Positions 26,501 to 38,600 of a DNA stretch of 64,000 bases are shown in pieces. The stretch comes from Planctomycetota bacterium (lineage in GTDB: Bacteria; Planctomycetota; SZUA-567; H5-PLA8): the NCBI GenBank assembly GCA_045863855.1, contig BTVV01000003.1:1-64000 (forward strand). Direction: 5' to 3'. Within the stretch, counting starts at the first letter, position 1. Each line of letters starts with the position of its first letter. Under the pieces are notes generated by a model, which was not told where the DNA came from, did no database searches, and saw only the letters and a list, made by a program, of their open reading frames with translations. Both the position numbers and the translations under genes were made by a program.

Positions 26501-27286
26501 CGGCCCAATGTCCGCGCCAGCTTCAGCCCCACGACCGGCGCGTTTAGCGTTTCGATCGTGAACGACGATATCTACGACGCGCTGGGCGCTCCTGCCGCCC
26601 TGAACATGCTTCCGGCGCCGGCCACGGTGGACGTCCCGCTGGCGATCTGCATCGGGCCGTTCAACGTCGATCCGGCCACGGGCGATCCGGCCGAGTACGC
26701 CACGAACAGCCTGGTCTACACGCTGCGCAAGCCCGACACGGTGGGCAAGGGCGCCTTCCGCTTCGGCAGCGTGGGCCAGCCGCCGACGGAGCTGACCTTC
26801 GTCGATTTCCTCGCGATCACTCAGCGCGGGAACGTGATCGACGGCTTCGAGCAGCGCGCGCAGGTCAAGCTCAGCCTGGTCCGCGATCCGATGGATCCGC
26901 TCTTCGATCCGGCCACCTTTGGCGTGGATATCGGCGTGGGCGCGATGCCGGCGGTCACTATCCCGCCGGGTTCGTTTACGGGCACGAACGGGAAGTTCAG
27001 CCTCACCGGACCCGCCGCGCTGGCCCTGGGCTTCAGCCAGGTCAGCTACGACGAGACCCGTTTCATATTCACCTTCACCACGGACTGGCTGCCCGACGGC
27101 ACCTTCGGCGAGACGGCCATCCTGGACGTGCCGGGCGATCCGCGCCGGGCGATCATCGTACCGATCCAGGTCAGCATCACCGACGGGATGGCGACCACGA
27201 CCAACTTCCTCGCGTCCGGCGTCGCCGGCCGCGCGGGCGCGGTCTTCAGCAGCACGGCTCCGACGGTGATCTTCGCCGGACAGTAG
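23561..27286 (+). CDS. Large secreted Thr/Asp-rich surface/adhesin-like protein (DUF11-like and SdrD-B-like Ig repeats)
   Basis: Signal peptide ending AQAQ; PGDTIRYTATLTN and DLTVTKTV..VTYTITVTN (DUF11-like); three ISGRVF.D.DGDG..Y.VEF..DSDA..GQT units. Confidence 0.85.
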   Translation: MVRQLLSERRAGNRSTRARSATWTWASLLLLALSAAGAQAQTVVVDDFSDDGGGAEPVVANSSTNGVANVVTGAIGGERDITITETGGANITVGVNGGGGSFVIQSQVGAIGTYEVQYDLTDGDETTLDSAAGSGLAALNLTLTSGGTQNAFVINMASNAVAFTSTLRVYSDTTVFSRFDIAWPVSAAPLRLVIPYSAFVTGGGATGPADFTAVTAITLSGTIAGGVSLALSPNFETTQEITASLVASLQVDVNGDGFYQPGDTIRYTATLTNPDDDANLAINNVDINIPIPTDTTLVPASVVAAGGTINTTNPVNVTFASIADNATAVVTFDVLIDDPLTNAGTFQITAQGTVQEGRATQDFIVDLLTDDEEPPMGNDPTVVDLNHFITGVVFVDDDGDGFDNDTMPLAGVSVELLDSGGTALVPPIVDITDAAGAYGLSPPATAGPDDYIVQVTLPGGRAFTVQDQTVPAADDTIDSDVDTGTGQTAVFSLDRATNIGDFDAGVFTLVTISGRVFEDVDGDGQYDGGVTDLDEPDGFTVNLLDGAGTFITSTTTATATYSFTGLAPGSYIVEFDDASLRVGYGFTTQDSGADATDSDANPDSTSLTHGQTAVITLTSGVDNTTTFAGTATATISGRIFDDRNDNAQYGAPPDVDGPDGFTVNIYDINDLVTPFDTTTTSGGTYSFQLPPGDYVVEFDPAGLALFGTNYTFVPADVGSDATDSDANVTTGRTGTITLPAATVIGNVFAGANNIVDLTVTKTVNNPSPSDGGTVTYTITVTNNSTRNTAAAVEITDDLAGGSGGITIVAASSVASAGSFNEGTGVWDGFSLAPGATETLTYDATIDFVAGGPLITNTVVVTGIQGVDPTIEDLDQDDNDDTATVSVSGGAIKVTNMNLSLNFKKHLFPTANLTDTLTASGRVNLAAFVTASVDEAAFLTEVRFYAFRVVVGTPGGPVDITLNTPMKASSKLVSWQSNRSARPNVRASFSPTTGAFSVSIVNDDIYDALGAPAALNMLPAPATVDVPLAICIGPFNVDPATGDPAEYATNSLVYTLRKPDTVGKGAFRFGSVGQPPTELTFVDFLAITQRGNVIDGFEQRAQVKLSLVRDPMDPLFDPATFGVDIGVGAMPAVTIPPGSFTGTNGKFSLTGPAALALGFSQVSYDETRFIFTFTTDWLPDGTFGETAILDVPGDPRRAIIVPIQVSITDGMATTTNFLASGVAGRAGAVFSSTAPTVIFAGQ

Positions 27287-27361
27287 TGGGGCCGGTGAGG
27301 GCAAGATCGATACGGTGAACGTTCAACCGTAAACGGTCACGACAACCCAAAGACGTCAACG

Positions 27362-27394
27362 CGGCGCGCCCGAAACGGCGCGCCGTTTTTTTTT
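27362..27394 (+). terminator. Rho-independent terminator
   Basis: CGGCGCGCC-cgaaac-GGCGCGCCG followed by T9. Confidence 0.8.
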
Positions 27395-27591
27395 GTCGCG
27401 AAGATGCGGCCGGCCTGCGCCATAGCGATCGTTCGGAAAGGGGCAGGCTTTTCAGGTTACGGGCCGTGGAACGGCGGGCGCCCCTGCCCGCCGGCGGGAA
27501 ACGAAGACCCCGGACGAGGGCGTCCGGGGCTCCGCACTATTCCGAACTCCTGCCTTCGACTGGTGAAGTCTGGCGTAGATCGCGTTACCGG

Positions 27592-30900
<3,309 letters not shown>

Positions 30901-31040
30901 GAATCCATCCCAATGGGGGAGCGCACCCGTGCACCCGCCCAAATTGGGACCGAATGATACGTGCCTGCGCCCGATTTGAAAGCGTGGAAACGCTTGTGAG
31001 CCGATTTAGCCGTGCGGCCAACTTCGCGCGCGGCTTGAGG

Positions 31041-32408
31041 TTACTCGTAGGTGACGGCTTCCAGCGGGCCGGGGGCCGCGTACGCCCACGCCCACTCGCC
31101 CACGGGATCGACATCCAGTTCGCGCGCCAAGCGTTGAAATTCGGCTTCGGACAGAACCAGCGGCTTGACGGGATCGGCCGGCGCCGGTTGCGCTTCGACG
31201 GGCAGCGGGCGCTTCTCGGCCTTGGCGGGCTCGGGTTCCGGCTCGGGCTCGAGGGAGGCTTTGTACTCCTCGACCGAATCCGCCACCATCTCGGCGACGG
31301 GCAGGCTTTCGACCAGATCCAGCAGCGCCGCGTCGGGCTCCACGTCGTCGGGCGGCGCGACGCCGTCTTTGTAGAAGAACGCGATGTCCACTTCCTCGAA
31401 CGCGACCAGCGCTTCGCGCGCGGCCGCTTTCGGAGCGTCCTGCTTCGGGGCCGCCGCCGCGGCTTTGCGCGGGGCGGGGGAGCGCGCGGCGGCCGGCGCG
31501 ATCTCCTCGAGGTTTTCCTCGGCTTCGTCCTCGTCCGAGCCCACCACTTCGTCGGTGGCTTCGACGTCCAGCTCGTCGAGGTTGACGTTGATCTTGGCTT
31601 CGCGGACCGGCATCTTGTACGGCTCGTCGGAGACGATCTTCCGTTCGCGGCGGCGCAGCCCGCGGTTATCGACTTCGATCGTCTCCGCGTTGGACTCGTC
31701 GAGGTTATCGAGGCCTTCGATCTCGGGTTCGGGCGGAAGCGCGGGCGCGGCTTTCTGCCGGGCGGCCGGCGCGCGGGCGGGCGGAGCGGCTTCTTCGGTC
31801 TCGATCTGCTCGGGCGGCGCGATCTCCATCGGCGCTACCACATCGGCGCCGGCGTCGTCCAGCGCCTCGACTTCCGGCGCGCCGGCTTCGCCGTCGCCGA
31901 CATTCAGATCGGGCTCGGACTCGTCGGGCCGCGCCAGGTTCTCTTCGGTGTAGCTGCGGTCGATCAGTTCCTTGATCTTCGGCCAAGGCGCCTTGAACGG
32001 CTTGACCTTCAGGCGCGTCTTTTCTTCGATGGTGTTGATCGCGCGACGATTGAGCGGGTTGCCCATGACCACGCAAAGCAGATTGCCCAGGCGCTCGAAC
32101 GGGCAGAGCTTGTCGGCATCGCACTGGTCGGCGGGAACCGTCTTGAGCACCGACGAGCCAACCTGGAGATCTTCGCAGTGAATGTCGGTGACTTGGACCT
32201 GCTTGAGCAGCGCGGCGCCGACGGCATGCTCGTCGCACGCGCCGAGGCTGCGCAGGATCTGTCCGATCAGGCCGCCTTCTTTTTCCTGGATCTTGAGCGC
32301 TTTGGCGATCTGCTCCGCCCCCACGTCGCCGTTGTCCTGCAGCAACTGGCCGAGTTGCTTGGAGCGCATGGAAAAGCGCGTGGAGCGCCGTGATGGGCTG
32401 TTCGCCAT
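31041..32408 (-). CDS. MshEN/T2SSE_N-domain protein with acidic disordered C-terminus (no ATPase)
   Basis: KQLGQLLQDNGDVGAEQIAKALKIQEKEGGLIGQIL followed by a GSPII N-terminal fold (LCPFER..VVMGNPLN..I..IE). Confidence 0.78.
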   Translation of the reverse strand: MANSPSRRSTRFSMRSKQLGQLLQDNGDVGAEQIAKALKIQEKEGGLIGQILRSLGACDEHAVGAALLKQVQVTDIHCEDLQVGSSVLKTVPADQCDADKLCPFERLGNLLCVVMGNPLNRRAINTIEEKTRLKVKPFKAPWPKIKELIDRSYTEENLARPDESEPDLNVGDGEAGAPEVEALDDAGADVVAPMEIAPPEQIETEEAAPPARAPAARQKAAPALPPEPEIEGLDNLDESNAETIEVDNRGLRRRERKIVSDEPYKMPVREAKINVNLDELDVEATDEVVGSDEDEAEENLEEIAPAAARSPAPRKAAAAAPKQDAPKAAAREALVAFEEVDIAFFYKDGVAPPDDVEPDAALLDLVESLPVAEMVADSVEEYKASLEPEPEPEPAKAEKRPLPVEAQPAPADPVKPLVLSEAEFQRLARELDVDPVGEWAWAYAAPGPLEAVTYE

Positions 32409-32441
32409 GGGGTCAACACTCTCCCGGATGCGCGTCCCGGA

Positions 32442-33488
32442 TCACTCCAGGACCTTGATCAGCGTCAGCAGGTTTCCGCCGCGCGGGTTGGGGCGGTGTT
32501 CCACGGTGTCCATCGACTGAATCACGCTGGCGAAGCGCTGGTCGGCGTAGATCGAGCCGCCCGCGCCGAAGTCGAACGGCTTGCCGTGGTCGGAAATCTT
32601 GACGGTGAGCGTCTTTCCGTTGGGCACGATCAGCAGGTGGAAGCTGCTCTTGGAATCGCTCTCGTAGGCCAAGTCGATCACGCGCTCGCAGGCATCCACC
32701 ACCGCTCCGCTGATCTGGTCGAGGTTATCGCCGTTGAATCCGCAACCTTCGGCACAGCGCGCGGCCAGTTCACCGACACCGCTCAGCAGTTCCTTGCGCG
32801 TGGGCAGGCTGAGTTCGACGGGCGTGCCCTTTTTGGAAGCGAAGAAGCGGACCTTGCCCGTCGGTTCGACGGCCAGCACCGTGCCGCAGCGCGGGCACTT
32901 GTACTTACCGACGGCCGGAATATCGAGCGTCACGCGGCAGCGCGCGCACTGGGCCTGAGTCGGGAACGCGGCCGGAGCCGCGGCTGCGGGGGCCGGAGCG
33001 GGCGCGGCGTGCGCCGCCGGAGCCGCGTAGTGCGAAGGGGTCGCCGGGTAAGCCGGGGCCGCCGGAGCGGGCGCGGCGTACGACGGCGCCTCCTGATGCA
33101 CTTTCACCGAGGCCGGCGGCGCGGTTTCGCCGCTGAAGCTGCGCAGCGCGGTCGCCTCGTCCGGAACGATGTTGAAGAGTGCGTTGAAGCCCAGCATTTC
33201 CATCACGAGCATGACCTTGCTCGGTACGCGGCAGAACGCGATATGCCCGCCGATCGATTCGAACGTGTCGGCGTACTTGAGCAGCGTGCCCAGACCGGTC
33301 GAATTGATGTACTTTACGCTGGTGCAGTCGAGGATCAGGTTCTTGACGCCGCGCTCGATCAGCTTGTCCATGACCTGCTGGAACTGCTGAATGGTCGTCG
33401 CGTCGATGGAGCCGTCGATCTCGGCCAGCGTCGCCGTGGTTCCCGAGGGGGACTTGATGACTTTGACTCGAAACTCAATGGATGCCAT
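32442..33488 (-). CDS. STAS anti-anti-sigma + Zn ribbon + degenerate RsbW-like HATPase fusion
   Basis: STAS GSIDA..LILDCTSVKYINSTGLG; Ala/Pro linker; CARC..CPRC; KISDHGKPFD..MDTVEH. Confidence 0.88.
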   Translation of the reverse strand: MASIEFRVKVIKSPSGTTATLAEIDGSIDATTIQQFQQVMDKLIERGVKNLILDCTSVKYINSTGLGTLLKYADTFESIGGHIAFCRVPSKVMLVMEMLGFNALFNIVPDEATALRSFSGETAPPASVKVHQEAPSYAAPAPAAPAYPATPSHYAAPAAHAAPAPAPAAAAPAAFPTQAQCARCRVTLDIPAVGKYKCPRCGTVLAVEPTGKVRFFASKKGTPVELSLPTRKELLSGVGELAARCAEGCGFNGDNLDQISGAVVDACERVIDLAYESDSKSSFHLLIVPNGKTLTVKISDHGKPFDFGAGGSIYADQRFASVIQSMDTVEHRPNPRGGNLLTLIKVLE

Positions 33489-33563
33489 GACCGCTCCACC
33501 TCACCCTGCGCGCGCCACCGGTTGTCGTTCCGCCCCCCACGGCCCTGGACCGGGCCTCGCGGG

Positions 33564-34670
33564 TCAGGCTTTCTGGATGTACTTCGTCAGCGTGATTTTG
33601 TTTCCGGCGTAGTTGTACTCCAGCTTGTCGACGCAGCGCAGCATCAGCATGATGCCCAGCCCGCCGGCGCCGCCGGCCAAGTTGCGTTCGCGCGCCGCTT
33701 CCACCGGGTTCCCGCCCACGCCGCGGCTCAGGTAAATCTCCGTGTCGAAGCCTTCGCCGTCGTCCATCACCGAAACCGTCACCTTCTCGCGGTCCACGAA
33801 GTATTGGATATCGACGGGCCGCGCTTCGTTGTACTTGTTGCCGTGCCGGGAACCGTTGTCCACGGCTTCGCGGAACGCGATCGCCAGCGCCTCGCGCGAC
33901 TCTTCGGGCAGCCCCGACTGCTGCAGCATCTCGCCGAACAGATCGTTGCAGCGCTCGATGCAGTCTTCCTTCGTCTGCAGGCGGAAATGAATCGAATGGT
34001 CGAAGTAGTTGCGTTCCTCGGCGAAGCGCGCCAGCTCCGACTCGGCCAGCCGCACCAGCTCGGAAAGCTCGAACGGCTCGACGATGGACTCGTCGTGCTG
34101 GACCTGCAGGCCGGTCACGGCCTGCGGATCTTCGCCTTCCGCGAAGATGCGGACGATGGCGATCATGCTCGATTCTTTGCGCTTCTTGACCGCTTCGCAG
34201 ACCTTCCACGGTTCGGAGAGTCCGACGTCTAGCACCACGAGGTCGGGCGGCTCTTTGCGCAGTTGAGCGACCGCGTCGTCTTCGCCCTGCACCACCGTCA
34301 CGTTGCTGCGCGGGCTCGTCAGCCGCGCGGCCATCACGCCGGTGAAAAAATTCTTCTTCGGGACCACCAGCAGAATCTGGTAGACGCCCGTTCCTTCAAG
34401 CTTCTTGCGGAACTCTTCGTCGAGATCGAGATGCACGCGCCGCACGGCGGGCAAATGCATGTTGGAACCCGCGGCGCTTTTCGCCGCCACGGTTTGCCCC
34501 TGCTTCAATTGGACGGTGAGGAATTGTGGCAGTTCGATTCGGTTGCCGCGCTGAAGTTCTTTCTTCATCACGTCAATGGCCCGGTCCAGCACCGCCAAGG
34601 CCGTGGCTTCGGGCTGATTCAGCTCCTGAGCCACGCGCTGTGCCAGCTCGGGTGTCGATAGGCTCTTCAT
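33564..34670 (-). CDS. HU/IHF-like domain + receiver-like domain + RsbW/SpoIIAB-type anti-sigma Ser kinase fusion
   Basis: ELAQRVAQEL..LDRAIDVMKKELQRGNRIELPQF (HU-like); PDLVVLDV (REC); EAVDNGSRHG, DDGEGFD, GGLGIMLM (HATPase_c_2). Confidence 0.85.
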   Translation of the reverse strand: MKSLSTPELAQRVAQELNQPEATALAVLDRAIDVMKKELQRGNRIELPQFLTVQLKQGQTVAAKSAAGSNMHLPAVRRVHLDLDEEFRKKLEGTGVYQILLVVPKKNFFTGVMAARLTSPRSNVTVVQGEDDAVAQLRKEPPDLVVLDVGLSEPWKVCEAVKKRKESSMIAIVRIFAEGEDPQAVTGLQVQHDESIVEPFELSELVRLAESELARFAEERNYFDHSIHFRLQTKEDCIERCNDLFGEMLQQSGLPEESREALAIAFREAVDNGSRHGNKYNEARPVDIQYFVDREKVTVSVMDDGEGFDTEIYLSRGVGGNPVEAARERNLAGGAGGLGIMLMLRCVDKLEYNYAGNKITLTKYIQKA

Positions 34671-34784
34671 GTACGCCTCGCGCTCCGCAACACCCCCAGC
34701 GCCGGGTCTCGGCCCGGCGTCTGCCCCAACTCGAATCGCCAATAGAGCTTCTAGTATACTGCCCCGCGTGCATTCCGGTCAATG

Positions 34785-35408
34785 CTACTTGTGCCGAGCT
34801 ACCCGCGCGAACAGTTCTTCCCGAGAGATCACCTGCTTCTCGGCCAAAAGCTCCACCAGCGCCTTCAACAAAACCGTCGGCGCCACCTCGACCCGGCCCT
34901 TGGCGCCGCCCGAACCGGCCGCCGCCGCCACGCCGCCCGAAGCACGGTACGCCGCTTCGGCTTCTTCCAGCTCCGGGTTGGATCTTCCATGACAGTAGTA
35001 GTCGATCGCCTTTTGGATATCCAAGCGCGTCGAGACCGCCAGATCGGTCCGCAATCCGGTTAAAAATCGAATCTCATCGATGGCCGCGAAATCGAGCGGA
35101 TCGGAAACTGCCAGGATCAACGCATCTTCGGTCCGGCGCAGGGGAAGCAGTTGATGCTTTTCCAGCACCTCTACGTCGATCAGCGCCGAGACCTGCGGCG
35201 AGACCACCAGGTCTTTCAGGCCCAGCATCGGGAGGCCCATCTGCTTGCTCATAAGCTGCGTCAGTTGCTCTTCGGTGACGTAGCGCAGCTTGGCCAGGAT
35301 GACCGGAAGCTTACCGCCGACCTGCTTTTGAGTATCCTGAGCGGTCTGTAGTTGTTCGGGCGTAACCAAGCGCGCTTGAGTGAGCCATTCGGCCAGCTTA
35401 TCGCTCAT
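34785..35408 (-). CDS. Stand-alone MshEN/T2SSE_N-domain protein
   Basis: KLAEWLTQARLVTPEQLQTAQDTQKQVGGKLPVIL..KHQLLPL..LAVSDPLDFAAIDEIRFLTGL; short C-terminal helical domain (LVELLAEKQVISREEL). Confidence 0.82.
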   Translation of the reverse strand: MSDKLAEWLTQARLVTPEQLQTAQDTQKQVGGKLPVILAKLRYVTEEQLTQLMSKQMGLPMLGLKDLVVSPQVSALIDVEVLEKHQLLPLRRTEDALILAVSDPLDFAAIDEIRFLTGLRTDLAVSTRLDIQKAIDYYCHGRSNPELEEAEAAYRASGGVAAAAGSGGAKGRVEVAPTVLLKALVELLAEKQVISREELFARVARHK

Positions 35409-35633
35409 CGTGCAGCCCCTTTCGCCTGAGCCCATATCTATGCGGCTCGGAAACGGAAGATTCATAGCTGTCAAGGCTTTACGGAAACTAGCCAGGACCG
35501 CGAAGACTGTCAAGCCTTTTCATGCTTTACGTACGGGCATGAGATAGGTCGCGATCTGCATCGAATGTGCGGCAGGCGGAAAAAAGATTTCGAGCGGATT
35601 CAGGCGGGACTTGCAAAGGCCTGTGCGCCCAGA

Positions 35634-38600
35634 TCAGCGCAACTGGGACACCAGACCTTCCATTTCACGGGCGACCTGCAGGAACTGATCGCCTTGCTTG
35701 TGGATCTCTTTGATCTTCTGGTCCGAGGCGTTCATGCCGCCGTCCACGCTCACTTCGCCGATCTCGCGGCTGTGGTGCGGTTGAGCGGTGGTGCTTTTTA
35801 GTTCATTGCCCTTCGAATTGATCTTTTTGCGCACTTCGTCGAGGCCGCGGCGCGCGGTGTCTTTTGCGCCGTTCGAGGTGGCCTGAGCCAGACGATCGGC
35901 TTCCACAAAGCGGCTGGCCAGGATCTCCTGGTTGGCTTGCGCCAGGTTGCCTTGCACGGCGTTAACCGTACCCTGGAGTTCCGGTTCGTAGTTGCGCGCG
36001 ATGGACTTGCGCAGAAGCGTGCGGGCGCTCTCGATCGTCTGCTTGGCCCGGTCGACATCTTGCTTGGCTTTGGACATGTTTCCTAAAGCCAAAGCGAGCG
36101 TGGCCAATTCGCCGGGATTGGCGCCCACTTTACGCACCGCGCTATCGGCCGCGGACTTGGCTTGATCGTAGTTACCGTTATTAACCGCCGAGGTGACGGT
36201 CGGCCAGATTTCGGCTTTGGCCAGGCGGATTTTGCGTTGGTGAATGGCGGATTGAACTTGGCTGATGAGTCCGTCGGCTTCCTGGACGAAAGGCGGCCCA
36301 TTGGTCTGGTCTTTGGCGAAGACCGTTCGGGCGGCCGTCGCTTTTTCCAGCGCCGTATCCAGGCCATTGTCTCCTTGCCCGTAGGCCGTGCGCGCGGCAG
36401 TCATGAGTTCCTTGAACGCGGCCTGATTCTTTTCGAACTCGATCTGAAGCTGGCGCTGCACTTTGGCGTTGGCCAGCAGCGGTTCGTACCCCGCCTTGCC
36501 CAAGGCGTTTAGTTCGATCAGCGACTCGTAGGTCTTGATCGCCCCGGCCCAGTTCTTGCCGGTCTCTTCCTGCTTAACCTGCGTCTCGAGCTTGTTCGTT
36601 TCGCGCGACTTCTTCAGGTGCGTATCGAGGTACTCGCGGATTTTCTGGCCGACGGCGGGCACCTTTTGCTTGCTCTCTTCCAGCTTTTTCAGGGCTTCGC
36701 CGTACTTGCGGTCCGCGCGTTCCAGTTCCTCGACCGCGCTGAACGCTTTCAATTCCTGCAGCGCTTTTTCGCCCCGCACCGCGTGCTCCTGGACCTCCGC
36801 CAGCACGTTGCGGAACGCCACCGCGGCTTGGGCGACTTCGTCGCTGCGATGCTTAAGCGCCTCGGCGTAGGACGTCCGCGCTTCACTTGCTTTGCGGGCT
36901 TCGAGGTACGAATCGCCGGAGATTATGGCGTTCTTGTACTGGAGGAGATTGTTCAACAGCCCCAGCTTGGCGTCGAACTCGCCCCGCTTTGCCGGATGTT
37001 CCTGGCTCAAGCCCTTGAAGATCTCGATGGACTTGGCGTAATCCTCCTGGGTTTCCGCATCCAGCCCCTGCTTCTCCAGGTCCGCCAATTCCTTCAACTT
37101 CATTCCGAGGTTCGCGATCTTGGTTTCCAGCTCTTTGATAAGTTCGGCCTGATTGGAATCCTTCGCCAGCGCCTGCGCGCCTTGGAATTCCTTAAGCGCG
37201 GCTTCCCATTCCTTATTCTCTTCCTGCTTGGCCGCTCCCACCATCTTGGATCGCGAGCGGGCCGCCGCCAGTTTTTGCGTAGCCGGCACGTCGTCGGGCT
37301 GTTTCTGCAGCGCTTCTGTGTAGTACAGTTCGGCGTCCTGGTACTTACCGTCGCGCATGCGCGAATCGCCGTCGCTGACCAGCCGGACGTAGTCCTTGCC
37401 CTTGAAGACTGCCTCACGCGCCTGCTGGAGTTGCGTCTTCAAGCCTTCGTCGTCCGGAATCATGCTCGAAGCCAGCGCGATCTGGCTCAGCGCGCTTTCC
37501 AGTTCGCCCTTCTCCTTAAATTTGGCGGCTTGGTCCAAGTACCCGTCGGCACGCGCGCGCGCCGACTCTTTGAGCAGGATCTGGCGCAGTTCGTCGTCGT
37601 TCCCCAAGGCCAGCGAGGCCGCTTGGCGCAAATTCTCCGAAGCCGTTTCGAAATTCCTGCCTTCGGCCAGCGTCTTGGCGGTCGTTCGCAGGCGCTCGAT
37701 GTCGATGCGCGCTTTCCAGCGGGCGATGTGAGCGGCAGCGGCTTGGTAATCTTCCTGCCCTGCTCGCTCGGCGAAATCGCGCGCGCCTTCGAAATCCTGC
37801 TTCTTGGCCGCGGCTTCCATTTCGAGCATGGCCTTCTCGAATTTCACCTTCGACAGCAGCGCCGCGGCTTCCTTGGTGGAAAGCCGTTTTTGCTCCAAGG
37901 AATCCGTTTGCGTGAGTATTGAAATCAAGTTTTGCCAGTCCGCATCGGACTTCTCTTTTTTCTTGTAAATCTCCAGGGCCTCATCCAGCTTTTCTTGCAC
38001 GACCAGGAAGCCGGATTCGGTCGCCCGCGTCAGTTCGCCGTCGGTGTGCTGGTAGAGTTCGCTGAGCAGTTTGCTTGCGGCGAAATCGCGCTGCGCCTGG
38101 TAGGCCAGGTTTTTCGCTTCCTTGTAGCGCTTGGCGTCGATGAGCGTGCGGACTTGGTCCTGGGTCTGCGTTTCGATCCCTTTCAGCGCGTCCTGCTCCA
38201 GCTTGAGGAGCGATTCGTCTCCGCTGAAGCGCTGCAACGCGTCCTTGGCCATGGCATAGGCGTCGGAGAACTCTTTCTTGTCGATCTTGCCTTGGACTTC
38301 TTCCGTCCAGCGCCCGCGGATATCGTCCTTTAGCTTCAGCAACGAGCTGTCGTCGCGGAAATCGCCCAAAGCGTTGGAGACCGTTTTAAGCGCTTCTCCG
38401 AAACGTCCGTCGGCCATCTTCTGGTTGGCCTCATTGACGTATTCGTTCAGCCGGGAATTCCGGTACGCCCAAAAGCCTCCGCCGGCAACGACCACCAAAA
38501 GCGCCGCGGCGGCGACGCCGATCCAGAGGAAGGAGCTCTTGGCGCTGGGGCCGCCCGGCCCCGTCGGCGTGGCGGGCGTATACCCGCCGGGCAAGGGACC

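Noticed and set aside
31041..35408. Type II secretion or type IV pilus ATPase genes
   Set aside because: Only the N-terminal MshEN/T2SSE_N domains are present, with no Walker A/B motifs and no pilins
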